Assembly (NCBI GenBank): GCA_035288225.1
Contig: DATEAT010000007.1
Span: 4,828-68,827 of the forward strand
Direction: 5' to 3'
Origin: Anaerolineales bacterium
GTDB lineage: Bacteria; Chloroflexota; Anaerolineae; Anaerolineales; RBG-16-64-43
DNA length: 64,000 bases
Position 1 is the first letter of the stretch, and each line of letters begins with the position of its first letter. Below, piece by piece: positions 9,338 to 19,064 of this stretch. The notes under the pieces were generated by a model. The model had not been told where the DNA came from and did not search any database. It saw nothing but the letters and a program-made list of their open reading frames with translations. Both the position numbers and the translations under genes were made by a program.

Positions 9338-10195
9338 TCAGCTGCCGACCAGCGAGTTGGTGACCACCACCACGACCAGCGCACCCAAGACACACAGGTT
9401 GGCCAGCCCCAACAACACCAGCAGCACCGCCTGCTTGCGGGTCAGGCGTCGGCGGCGTTCGGCCGGGCCGGCCGGCGAGGCAGGCATCTCGCGGCTGTCG
9501 GGGTCCGCTGCGGCGACGAGTGCGGCGGGCACGGTCGGAGCAGAGGAGCGAGGCAGCACGGCCACCGCGGCCTGCACCGCTTCGGCCTCAATCGGTGCCT
9601 CGTCCTTCGGCCCGCCTAGCGCCCGTGTGATATCTTCGACGACGGCCGGCGAAAGGATCGGCCGCAATTGCATCAGGCTGGTCGCAAAGTTCTCGACCCC
9701 GTCGGCCAGCACCACGCGCAGCGAGGTCTTGATGTTCTCGACGTAGGTCTCGGGCCGGGCCACGATGAGCACCGGCTCACCCTCGGGAAGGTTGATGCCT
9801 TTGCTGGTAACGAAGCGGCGCACGGCATCTTCAAACAGGCGCAGGCGCGAAGCCAGGTTGGGGTGCGAGGACTTGAACGTCCCGCTGCCCCCCAGCGACA
9901 TCCACTGGCCGGCTTTGGCGCGGTAGGTTCCGCGCAACGAGGTTGTCATCATGACCCGCACGCCGATCGGGCCGATGAGGATGAGCGGCACCGGCTCATG
10001 GCTGGTCGGCATGGGGCAATTGCGCACGAGGACATAGTCGTCGCCGAAGACTTTCGCCAGGCGGCGCGTGATGTCCTCCTGGGCCTGCACCTCGGCTTGC
10101 CAGCCGAGGCCTTCCTTAAAGACGGCCTGCAAGCGAGTGGAGAAGGAAATCTGGCCGCCGGCATTGCGAAACGTCGACCGGTCGATAGTTCGCAT
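9338..10195 (-). CDS. NERD-like domain protein with C-terminal TM anchor (catalytic residues apparently degenerate)
   Basis: DDYVLVRNCPMP..PLILIGPIGVRVMMTTSLRGTY..GQW resembles the NERD core but lacks the usual D/E..K signature. A hydrophobic tail sits at the C-terminus. Confidence 0.4.
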   Translation of the reverse strand: MRTIDRSTFRNAGGQISFSTRLQAVFKEGLGWQAEVQAQEDITRRLAKVFGDDYVLVRNCPMPTSHEPVPLILIGPIGVRVMMTTSLRGTYRAKAGQWMSLGGSGTFKSSHPNLASRLRLFEDAVRRFVTSKGINLPEGEPVLIVARPETYVENIKTSLRVVLADGVENFATSLMQLRPILSPAVVEDITRALGGPKDEAPIEAEAVQAAVAVLPRSSAPTVPAALVAAADPDSREMPASPAGPAERRRRLTRKQAVLLVLLGLANLCVLGALVVVVVTNSLVGS

Positions 10196-10249
10196 GACAG
10201 CCTTCTGGTGGGCGGATCAACCGCGATTATACGTCCGCGCCATCAAACC

Positions 10250-10291
10250 CGCCAGAAACAAGAGGCCGCCCGCGCGCATCGCGGGCGGCCT
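10250..10291 (-). terminator. Rho-independent terminator of lexA
   Basis: 12-bp stem AGGCCGCCCGCG / CGCGGGCGGCCT (10263-10274 / 10280-10291), followed on the minus strand by CTTGTTTCTGG. Confidence 0.65.
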
Positions 10292-10314
10292 GGCGGTTTG
10301 TGCGATCGGGCAGG

Positions 10315-10968
10315 CTAGTGTTTGACGCCCCCGCGCTTCTCGAGCTGGCGGACAACCATGACCACTCGCCCGCGAATCTCCACCTGCTCCAGATTGTCGA
10401 CGAATATCGGGTTCATCTGGGGGTTGGCCGGCTGCAGGCGCACCCGCCCGTCCTCGTAGAAGAAGTACTTGAGCGTCGTTTCGTCGCGGTCCTTCAACCA
10501 CACGGCCACCATCTCGCCGTTGCGGGCCTGCTGCTGGGGTTTGAGGATGACGTAGTCCCCGTCGTGGACCATGGCGTCGATCATCGAATCGCCTCGCACG
10601 ATCAGCGCGAACAAATCCCGGTCGCGCGGCAGCAGGTCGCGCGAGATGGCCAACGCTTCGTCGGCGCCAAACAGCGGCTCGGTCACGCCGGGGACGGGCA
10701 TCGGCTCGCCGGCGGCAATGTAGCCCCATACGCGGATCGAGCGCAGTTGCGCCATATGCGGGCGAATGCCACGGGCCACCCGCGGATCCCGATCCAGAAT
10801 GCCCTCGCGTTGCAGGCGATCCAGGTTATAGCGCACCACCGAGAGCGAGGGGATGCCGACCTGCTTCATGATCTCGCGGTACGAGGGGGCATACCCGTGC
10901 TCGGCGAAGTATTCCTCGATGTACTTCTTCATCTCGGCCTGGCGGGCCGTCAGATTGCCCTCGCCCAT
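10315..10968 (-). CDS. lexA: LexA SOS repressor
   Basis: N-terminal wHTH (APSYREIMKQVGIPSLSVVRYNLDRL), cleavage-site region (AAGEP) and S24 peptidase motifs (VRGDSMIDA .. TLKYF). ATG 10968 is preceded by GAGGAGG. Confidence 0.9.
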   Translation of the reverse strand: MGEGNLTARQAEMKKYIEEYFAEHGYAPSYREIMKQVGIPSLSVVRYNLDRLQREGILDRDPRVARGIRPHMAQLRSIRVWGYIAAGEPMPVPGVTEPLFGADEALAISRDLLPRDRDLFALIVRGDSMIDAMVHDGDYVILKPQQQARNGEMVAVWLKDRDETTLKYFFYEDGRVRLQPANPQMNPIFVDNLEQVEIRGRVVMVVRQLEKRGGVKH

Positions 10969-11103
10969 GGTGACCTCCTCAGGCGCCTGGCCCCTCCACG
11001 TTCCTGGAGGCGGAACCGGACGCTTCGCGAACTGCCCCCCGCTTTCCACCCGGCTGGCAAGCGGCTGCAACCCGGATGTCGGCAGGTTTTCCACATGCTA
11101 CAC

Positions 11104-11115
11104 GAACATCTGTTC
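11104..11115. promoter_or_regulatory. Candidate LexA operator (SOS box) GAACATCTGTTC
   Basis: Perfect GAAC-N4-GTTC palindrome in the 74-nt gap upstream of lexA, 136 nt from the ATG. Confidence 0.6.
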
Positions 11116-11168
11116 TGTGTCAAGGGAGAAGTCGTTCGCCCGGCAAGAGGGCCGGATTCAGCACACGC

Positions 11169-12242
11169 CTACTGTTCTTCGCCTGTTTCGGGGTTGACGC
11201 CGATCTGCAGGTCACCCGCGGCCAGCCGCCCCATCATCTCCTGCAGGTTGGCCTGCAACCCGGGAGTGATCCACGGCGTGGAGAAGGGAGCGTAGCCTAG
11301 CCCCCCGTTTTCAATCTCGTAGACGAGCGGCTCACCAAACACCTCTCCCGCCAGGAAGCGCGGCAGCGCCTCGGCCAGGAGCAGCGCAGGATGCACCTGA
11401 AGCTCGCCCAACAGGTTACCCGCCGCGTCCGGCTGGCTGCTCAGCGCTTGTGCGCCGAAGCCCGCTCGCGAACCCGCCACACGCACTGCTCGAGTGGCGA
11501 GCGCCAGAAGCGCGCCATCGCCTGCCGGGCTCGGGAATGCGCCTGCGGTATCAACATAGCGCACCAGCAGCAACTCCGCCAAGGCCGTTCCAGTTTCGAC
11601 GCTTGCCCCCTCGGCCGCGCCCTCTTCGAACACCCAGCACAACGGGCAGGTGAAGCGCACACCATGAATGAAAGCGTTACGGACCAACGTGCCGCGCACG
11701 CTGCCCGGCTCGCCGATCCACCCCACGCGATTGTTGGAATTGGCGACGCCCACCAGCGCCCCGGCCAGGAACGCCGCCTCATCTTCGCGCACGCGCGGAC
11801 CGATCACCAGCAGGTTGGTGCTCGGGAGCACATCGGCTTCGTCGATTGCTACCCAACGCAGATCCGGGTGTGCCGCGGCGGCCTGCGTGATGGATGCGCC
11901 CAACCCGGTCGCGACACTGACCAACAGCATCGGCTCCTCAGCCAGCGCCTCGTCCAGGGTATCCGCGCCCGCGGCCAGCCGCCTCAGGCTCCAACCCTTC
12001 TCGCGAGCCATCGCCTCCAGCACCGCCTGCGCCGCAAGGTGGGCCGGGGCCACGTCATCGGAGGAGGTCAGGAGGAGGACGCGTGGTGCGGCGGGTGCGG
12101 TGGGAGCCGGGGTGACACTCGGTACGCTGGCTATTTCGGGCGAGGGCGAGGCCGCGGGCTCGCGTCCGGTCGCCGTGCACGCCGTGAGGGCAAATGCGAC
12201 CGCAACCCCGGCCAGCGCGGCCGCGCGCCTACTCCTCGTCAT
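11169..12242 (-). CDS. BMP-family (Med/PnrA-like) lipoprotein, probable ABC-transporter substrate-binding protein
   Basis: Lipobox LTAC after the signal peptide. EDEAAFLAGALVGVANSNNRVGWIG resembles the Bmp fold. Confidence 0.5.
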   Translation of the reverse strand: MTRSRRAAALAGVAVAFALTACTATGREPAASPSPEIASVPSVTPAPTAPAAPRVLLLTSSDDVAPAHLAAQAVLEAMAREKGWSLRRLAAGADTLDEALAEEPMLLVSVATGLGASITQAAAAHPDLRWVAIDEADVLPSTNLLVIGPRVREDEAAFLAGALVGVANSNNRVGWIGEPGSVRGTLVRNAFIHGVRFTCPLCWVFEEGAAEGASVETGTALAELLLVRYVDTAGAFPSPAGDGALLALATRAVRVAGSRAGFGAQALSSQPDAAGNLLGELQVHPALLLAEALPRFLAGEVFGEPLVYEIENGGLGYAPFSTPWITPGLQANLQEMMGRLAAGDLQIGVNPETGEEQ

Positions 12243-14613
12243 GCTCGTCCTCGGAGCCCTGGTTGCCCTCGTCGCCGTAATCGATCACCTCGCGCGGCTG
12301 GGCCCCCGGCTGGGGCGGGCCGATGATGCCACGCTCCTCGAGCGCATCCATCATACGCGCCGCGCGCGTGTAGCCGATGCGGAAGTGGCGCTGCAAGCGC
12401 GTGGTGGAGGCCTTGCGCCACTGGCGCACGATGTGGATGGCCTTTTCCAGCAGCGCGTCCTCGCCCTCGCCCCGGGCGGGTGTCTCATCCCACAAGGGCG
12501 CCTGCTCCAGATGCGCGTCCGGGGGGAAGGCGCTCGGCGCGCGATCGACCGCCGGACCATCTTCCGCCTCGGGCGCGAATTCGCGCCGCGCTTCGGCCAG
12601 CTGCGCCTGTCGCGCCTGGTTGGATGAGCGCCAATAGTTGACCAGGTGAACCAGCTCGGCCTCCGAAACGTACGCGCCTTGCAGGCGCACCGGCGCCGGC
12701 GAGTCGGGCGACTGGAACAGCATGTCGCCACGACCGAGCAGCCGCTCAGCACCCGGCTGGTCGAGCACCACCCGGCTGTCGACCATCGAGGCCACGGCGA
12801 ATGAGATGCGCGCCGGGAAGTTGGCTTTGATCAGGCCGGTCAGCACGTCCACCGACGGGCGCTGGGTTGCAATGACCAGATGAATGCCGGTCGCGCGCGA
12901 AAGTTGTGCCAGGCGGGTGAGGATGCGCTCGGTTTCATCCGGCGCCATCAGCATCAGGTCGGCCAACTCATCGATCACCACCACCCAGGAGGGCAAGCGC
13001 CTCTCGCCCAGGTCGGCGGCTTTCGAGTTGAAGTCGTCCAGGTTGCGCGCGCCCACTTTCGCGAAGCGCCGGTAGCGTTCGTCCATCTCGCGCGTGACCC
13101 ATTGCAGCGCCGCCACCACCCGTTCGAGTTCGACGATCACCGGCGCGAGCAGATGCGGGATGCCGTTGTAGGAGGTCAGTTCCACGCGCTTCGGGTCGAC
13201 CATCAGGAAGCGCAGTGTATCGGGCGTGTTATGCAATAGGAAGCAGCTGATGAGCGCGTTGACACACACCGACTTCCCCGACCCGGTCGTGCCGGCGATC
13301 AGCAGGTGCGGCATGGTCGCTAAGTCGCCCACCACCGGATGTCCCGACACGTCCTGACCGAGAGCAAAGCGCAGCGGCGAGCTCTTCTTGTGAAAAGCCT
13401 CCGATTCGACAACGTCGCGCAGGCTCACCAGCGAGATCTCGTTGTTGGGTACCTCGATCCCGACGTATCCCTTGCCCGGCACCGGAGTCTGCAGGCGGAT
13501 GGAAGGCGCGGCCAGCGCCAGCGCCAAGTCGTCGGCCAGCGCCCCGATCTTGCTCACCTTCACCCGAGTGCGTTTGCCGCCGCGCACCTCGACAAAATCG
13601 GGTTCGACGCCGAATTCGGTGATGGTCGGGCCGCGATTGACCTCGACCACGCGCACCGGCGCGCCGAAGGAAGCCAGCGTTTCCTCGATCAGCCGGGCGC
13701 GTTGGCGGTCGAAATCGTCGCTGGCGGAAGCCTCCACGCCCGGATTGAGCATCTGCGTCACGTCCGGTAGATTCCACGGAGGTAATTCCGGCACGCCGAT
13801 GATGCGTGAGGGGAGGTCGGGCGCAGACGGCTGGGCCGGTCGGGCTTCGGGTGGTTTGGCGGCAGACTCCTCCGCCCGGGCCGTCGCCGCAAGCGAAGGG
13901 TGTAGCGCAGGAGTTGCCGCACGCGTTGCGCGCGACGGCGCCGACGGCGAGGGCAGGGACGACGAGGGCTGCGGCATTCGCTCGCGCAATCCGGAAGTGC
14001 GTGCCCCAATCCAGCGGCCTGCTCGAGCCAGGGCGCGCAAAATATCCGTCAGCGAAATACGCAGCGCGAGGATCAGCCCGACCAGGAACCAGGCCACCAA
14101 GACGAAGATCGTCCCCGGCCAATCGAAGAGCCGCAGCAACGCCACCAGCAGCAATGCGCCGGCGTATCCGCCGCCTCGCCCGGCCTCGGCGTGCTCCAGG
14201 AAAGTCGCGGTGCCGAACGCATCGAGCACGGCGTGGAAGACCGTCAGGAGATTGAAGTAGAGCAGGAACGCACCCAGCACACGGCCCGTTCCCGGATGCG
14301 GCAGGGAGTCGCGGAACTGGCGCAGGATGAGCCACGCGCCGAGCGCCACGACAACCAGCGGGACGACGTAGGCCCCCCAACCGAAGCCCTGACGGATGAG
14401 AAAGGTCAGCTTGTAGGTGAGCGACCCCGGCGCGGCGGCAATCAGCCCGAGCAGTGCGAAGCCGCCCAGTGCGGCCAGGACGAAACCGAGGATGTCCAGG
14501 CGGCGGTCGAGAGCCGACACGCTGCCGGGTGAGTTGCCTCGCGATGGTGAAGCGCCTCGGCGCGAGGGCGCCGAGGTGCGCTTGGCCTTGCCACGATTGG
14601 ATGATGTGCCCAC
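12229..14613 (-). CDS. ftsK: DNA translocase FtsK/SpoIIIE
   Basis: N-terminal TM domain, Walker A (AGTTGSGKS), VVIDELADLM, and a C-terminal gamma winged helix (LQRHFRIGYTRAARMMDALEERGI). Confidence 0.9.
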   Translation of the reverse strand: MGTSSNRGKAKRTSAPSRRGASPSRGNSPGSVSALDRRLDILGFVLAALGGFALLGLIAAAPGSLTYKLTFLIRQGFGWGAYVVPLVVVALGAWLILRQFRDSLPHPGTGRVLGAFLLYFNLLTVFHAVLDAFGTATFLEHAEAGRGGGYAGALLLVALLRLFDWPGTIFVLVAWFLVGLILALRISLTDILRALARAGRWIGARTSGLRERMPQPSSSLPSPSAPSRATRAATPALHPSLAATARAEESAAKPPEARPAQPSAPDLPSRIIGVPELPPWNLPDVTQMLNPGVEASASDDFDRQRARLIEETLASFGAPVRVVEVNRGPTITEFGVEPDFVEVRGGKRTRVKVSKIGALADDLALALAAPSIRLQTPVPGKGYVGIEVPNNEISLVSLRDVVESEAFHKKSSPLRFALGQDVSGHPVVGDLATMPHLLIAGTTGSGKSVCVNALISCFLLHNTPDTLRFLMVDPKRVELTSYNGIPHLLAPVIVELERVVAALQWVTREMDERYRRFAKVGARNLDDFNSKAADLGERRLPSWVVVIDELADLMLMAPDETERILTRLAQLSRATGIHLVIATQRPSVDVLTGLIKANFPARISFAVASMVDSRVVLDQPGAERLLGRGDMLFQSPDSPAPVRLQGAYVSEAELVHLVNYWRSSNQARQAQLAEARREFAPEAEDGPAVDRAPSAFPPDAHLEQAPLWDETPARGEGEDALLEKAIHIVRQWRKASTTRLQRHFRIGYTRAARMMDALEERGIIGPPQPGAQPREVIDYGDEGNQGSEDEHDEE

Positions 14614-14755
14614 TGGGGGTCAGGGTCCGAAGGACGTCTCGTGCATCTTGAGGCGGCAGATTATAGCACAGCGATCGTGCCCATCCGTGGCATGCGCTGG
14701 CGAAGCTGCGCAGGCTGCGCGGGAAGGCCGCGTTCTCTCTTCGCGCGAGTCGCCA

Positions 14756-14764
14756 TGCTACAAT
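14756..14764 (+). promoter_or_regulatory. Extended -10 promoter element TGCTACAAT
   Basis: TGn + TACAAT lies 15 nt upstream of the ATG at 14779, implying a very short leader. Confidence 0.35.
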
Positions 14765-14778
14765 AATCGCGTCGCCGG

Positions 14779-16476
14779 ATGAGCAGCGCGCCGCGGGCAT
14801 CGCCCCCTCGGCTCTTCGAACTTGCGCCGGCGATGGATGCCCGACCTCACAGATTGGCCACGCTCATGATGCCGCAACTCTCTCCGTCCACGCTCATCGA
14901 CACCGCTTACCTCTTGCGCGCGCTGAGCCCGCAAGAGCGCGCGGAGGTTGGCCGCTTCTTCGTTGAAGAACACGTGGCGGGCGGCGAGATCATTCTCGAG
15001 GCGGGGCAGCCGGGCGTAGGCCTGTGCCTGATCGCCAGCGGTGCGGTGCGCGTGTTGGGGCCGCCGCGCAAAGCTCGCCGCAGCATGTTGCTCGGCGAGG
15101 GCGACCACTTGGGCGAGGCGGCGCTCGTGCGCCAGGCAGAACCTTTCACGGCCGTTGCCGAATCGCCGGTGACGCTGCTGCGTCTGCCCACGGCCCACAC
15201 TGCCTCACTGCTCACGCGCGCGGCGCACTTGCGGCCCAGCGTGCGGCTGGCCTTGGCCAGCCGCCGGCTGGCGCTCAGCCAGGATTGGGAATGGCGTGGC
15301 GCCGAAGAGGCCATCCACCTGGTCACACGCCGGTCGAAGACCGTGCTGGCCCTCTCGCTCATCTTGCCCATGGCGATCGCTGTGCTCAGCCTGGGCGCGC
15401 TGGCTATGATGTTGGTTTGGCAAGATGCTCCGGCGTTGTTGCCGCTGCCGCTGGCCGGGCTGGGTGTAGCCCTGCTCAGCGGCGGCTGGGCGGTGTGGGA
15501 TTGGCTCAACGATCTCTTCCTGGCGACCAATCAGCGCCTGATCGTCATCGAGCGCCTGCCGCTTATATATGAAGACCGCACCGAAGCCCCGCTGCGCACG
15601 CTGCTCTCGGTCGAGGTGGACTCCTCGGCCATCAAGCACTGGCTGGGTTTTGGCAGCGTGGTGGCGCGCACCTTTACCCGGCCTGTCATCCTGCCCGACG
15701 TGCCGGAACCTTACCGTCTGGCGCAATGGATCGAGGCGCTGGGCGATCAATTGCGCGCACGCCAGGAGCGAATGCAGCGGGCGGAGATCGAATCGGCCAT
15801 CGGCCAGCGCTTGGATCCTTCGCTTTCCGAAAGCGAGGCCGCCGGGCACGCTGCTGCGGCTGGCAAATCCGGCGCGAAGGGGTTGGGCATGCGGGTCGAG
15901 ATAGGCGATCGCATCATCTACCGCAAGGACGCGTACTTCCTGGTCAACGATTTGGCCATGCCGCTCGCGGTGCTGGTGATGGGCGGCGTGCTGCTCGTGC
16001 TCGAGGCCTCCGGCTCGCTGCCCTTTGCGGGCTGGATTCCGTGGCTGGTCGCCGGCGCGCTTCTGGCGGCGGGCCTCGGCTGGGGCGCCTACGAAGTGAT
16101 CGACTGGGCCAACGATCTCTATATGGTCACGCCCGATCAGATCATCGCCCTGCATCGCACGCCCCTCGGCCGCGAAGACCGCCGCGCCGCCTCGCTCGGA
16201 AATATCCTCAGCCTGGAGTATGACCGCCCCGGCCTGATGGCGCGCCTGATGAACTTCGGAAACGTGATCGTCACCGTGGGCAACGTTTCGTTCGTCTTCG
16301 ACCGAGTGCACGATCCGGTCGGGGTCCAAGAGGATATCTACCGCCGCATGGAGTCGCATCGCGCACGGCGCGAACAGAAGGACCGCCAGACGCGCGGCGA
16401 AGAAATCGCCGAGTGGCTGGATGCGTATCATCACGTGACGCAGAAGAAGCCGAACCCACCGGGTGGGAGAGAATAG
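14779..16476 (+). CDS. Cyclic-nucleotide-binding domain protein with two membrane-embedded bPH (YdbT-like) modules
   Basis: cNMP-binding pattern (FFVEEHVAGGEIILEAGQPG..LIASGAVRV..GEGDHLGE), then two TM-pair plus PH-like repeats (NDLFLATNQRLIVIE.. / NDLYMVTPDQIIALH..). Confidence 0.55.
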   Translation: MSSAPRASPPRLFELAPAMDARPHRLATLMMPQLSPSTLIDTAYLLRALSPQERAEVGRFFVEEHVAGGEIILEAGQPGVGLCLIASGAVRVLGPPRKARRSMLLGEGDHLGEAALVRQAEPFTAVAESPVTLLRLPTAHTASLLTRAAHLRPSVRLALASRRLALSQDWEWRGAEEAIHLVTRRSKTVLALSLILPMAIAVLSLGALAMMLVWQDAPALLPLPLAGLGVALLSGGWAVWDWLNDLFLATNQRLIVIERLPLIYEDRTEAPLRTLLSVEVDSSAIKHWLGFGSVVARTFTRPVILPDVPEPYRLAQWIEALGDQLRARQERMQRAEIESAIGQRLDPSLSESEAAGHAAAAGKSGAKGLGMRVEIGDRIIYRKDAYFLVNDLAMPLAVLVMGGVLLVLEASGSLPFAGWIPWLVAGALLAAGLGWGAYEVIDWANDLYMVTPDQIIALHRTPLGREDRRAASLGNILSLEYDRPGLMARLMNFGNVIVTVGNVSFVFDRVHDPVGVQEDIYRRMESHRARREQKDRQTRGEEIAEWLDAYHHVTQKKPNPPGGRE

Positions 16477-16478
16477 GT

Positions 16479-17012
16479 ATGGCTGTGCGCGAAATCCTGA
16501 CCGCGGCCCACCCCGCACTGCGCAAGAAGGCGCGCCGCGTGGGCGAGCTGACGCCGGCGCTCGACAAGCTCATCGACGACATGATCGAGACCATGCGCGA
16601 GGCGCCCGGGGTCGGCCTGGCCGCGCCGCAGGTGGGCGTAAGCCAGCGCGTGATTGTGGTCGAGTATGCCGAGAACGAGGAACAGGAGCAGCCAGCCTCA
16701 GGCGATAAGGCTCCTGCGCCGCGCAAACTGTTCGTCGTGATCAACCCAGAACTCGTGCGGCCAAGCATCGAAACGGTGACGGCCACCGAGGGCTGCCTTT
16801 CGGTGCCCGGTTACGCCGGCGAGGTGGAGCGCTTTGCCGAGGTCTCGGTGAAGGGCCTCAACCGCCGCGGCTCGCCGTTGCGCCTGCGTGCCCGCGGCTG
16901 GCTAGCGCGCATCTTCCAGCACGAAGTGGACCATCTCGACGGCGTGCTGTACACCGACCGCGCGCAGCGGGTGTGGGCGCTGGAAAAAGAAGAGACACTC
17001 GATAACGTGTGA
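16479..17012 (+). CDS. def: Peptide deformylase
   Basis: GVGLAAPQVG, EGCLSVPG and QHEVDHLDG motifs. ATG 16479 lies 2 nt after the upstream stop. Confidence 0.9.
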   Translation: MAVREILTAAHPALRKKARRVGELTPALDKLIDDMIETMREAPGVGLAAPQVGVSQRVIVVEYAENEEQEQPASGDKAPAPRKLFVVINPELVRPSIETVTATEGCLSVPGYAGEVERFAEVSVKGLNRRGSPLRLRARGWLARIFQHEVDHLDGVLYTDRAQRVWALEKEETLDNV

Positions 17013-17070
17013 GGCCAGGGCAATCCGGTCCGGTTCGTCGCCCCCGCGTGCTCTGGCAAGTTGTGGCCGC

Positions 17071-17179
17071 CTCCACCTCCCCCCTCACCCCCGCATCGAT
17101 TCCTTCATGGCGAGGACCTTGCTCGTCGGGGGAGGGGTTGGGGGCCTGCCCTCGGAAGGAGGGTGGGGGCGAAAGCCGG
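17071..17179. repeat. REP-like structured element, copy B (expanded by about 52 nt relative to copy A)
   Basis: CTCCACCTCCCCCCTCACCCCC ... CCTGCCCTCGGAAGGAGGGTGGGGGCGAAAGCCGG. See copy A at 1753-1800. Confidence 0.5.
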
Positions 17180-17358
17180 TCGCCCCTCTTTCGCTTGGTC
17201 CCAGACGGGGACCCACGTCTGTTCTGGACACTGGAGGATACGCTCGCATGCGCGCGGCGCAGGACATGCGTGACGCTGCCTTGGATTCCCGCTACGAACA
17301 CGCGGAAATATCGATCAAGGACCATCCACGGAGGGATGACGGGGTTATCCGAACGCGA

Positions 17359-17384
17359 GAGGGCTTCCCTGGCGGGAAGCCCTC
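17359..17384 (-). terminator. 11-bp perfect hairpin 30 nt downstream of rpoD
   Basis: GAGGGCTTCCC tggc GGGAAGCCCTC. Weak U-run. Confidence 0.45.
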
Positions 17385-17414
17385 GATGATTTGCGACCGA
17401 CGAGGCACGACGGC

Positions 17415-19064
<1,650 letters not shown>

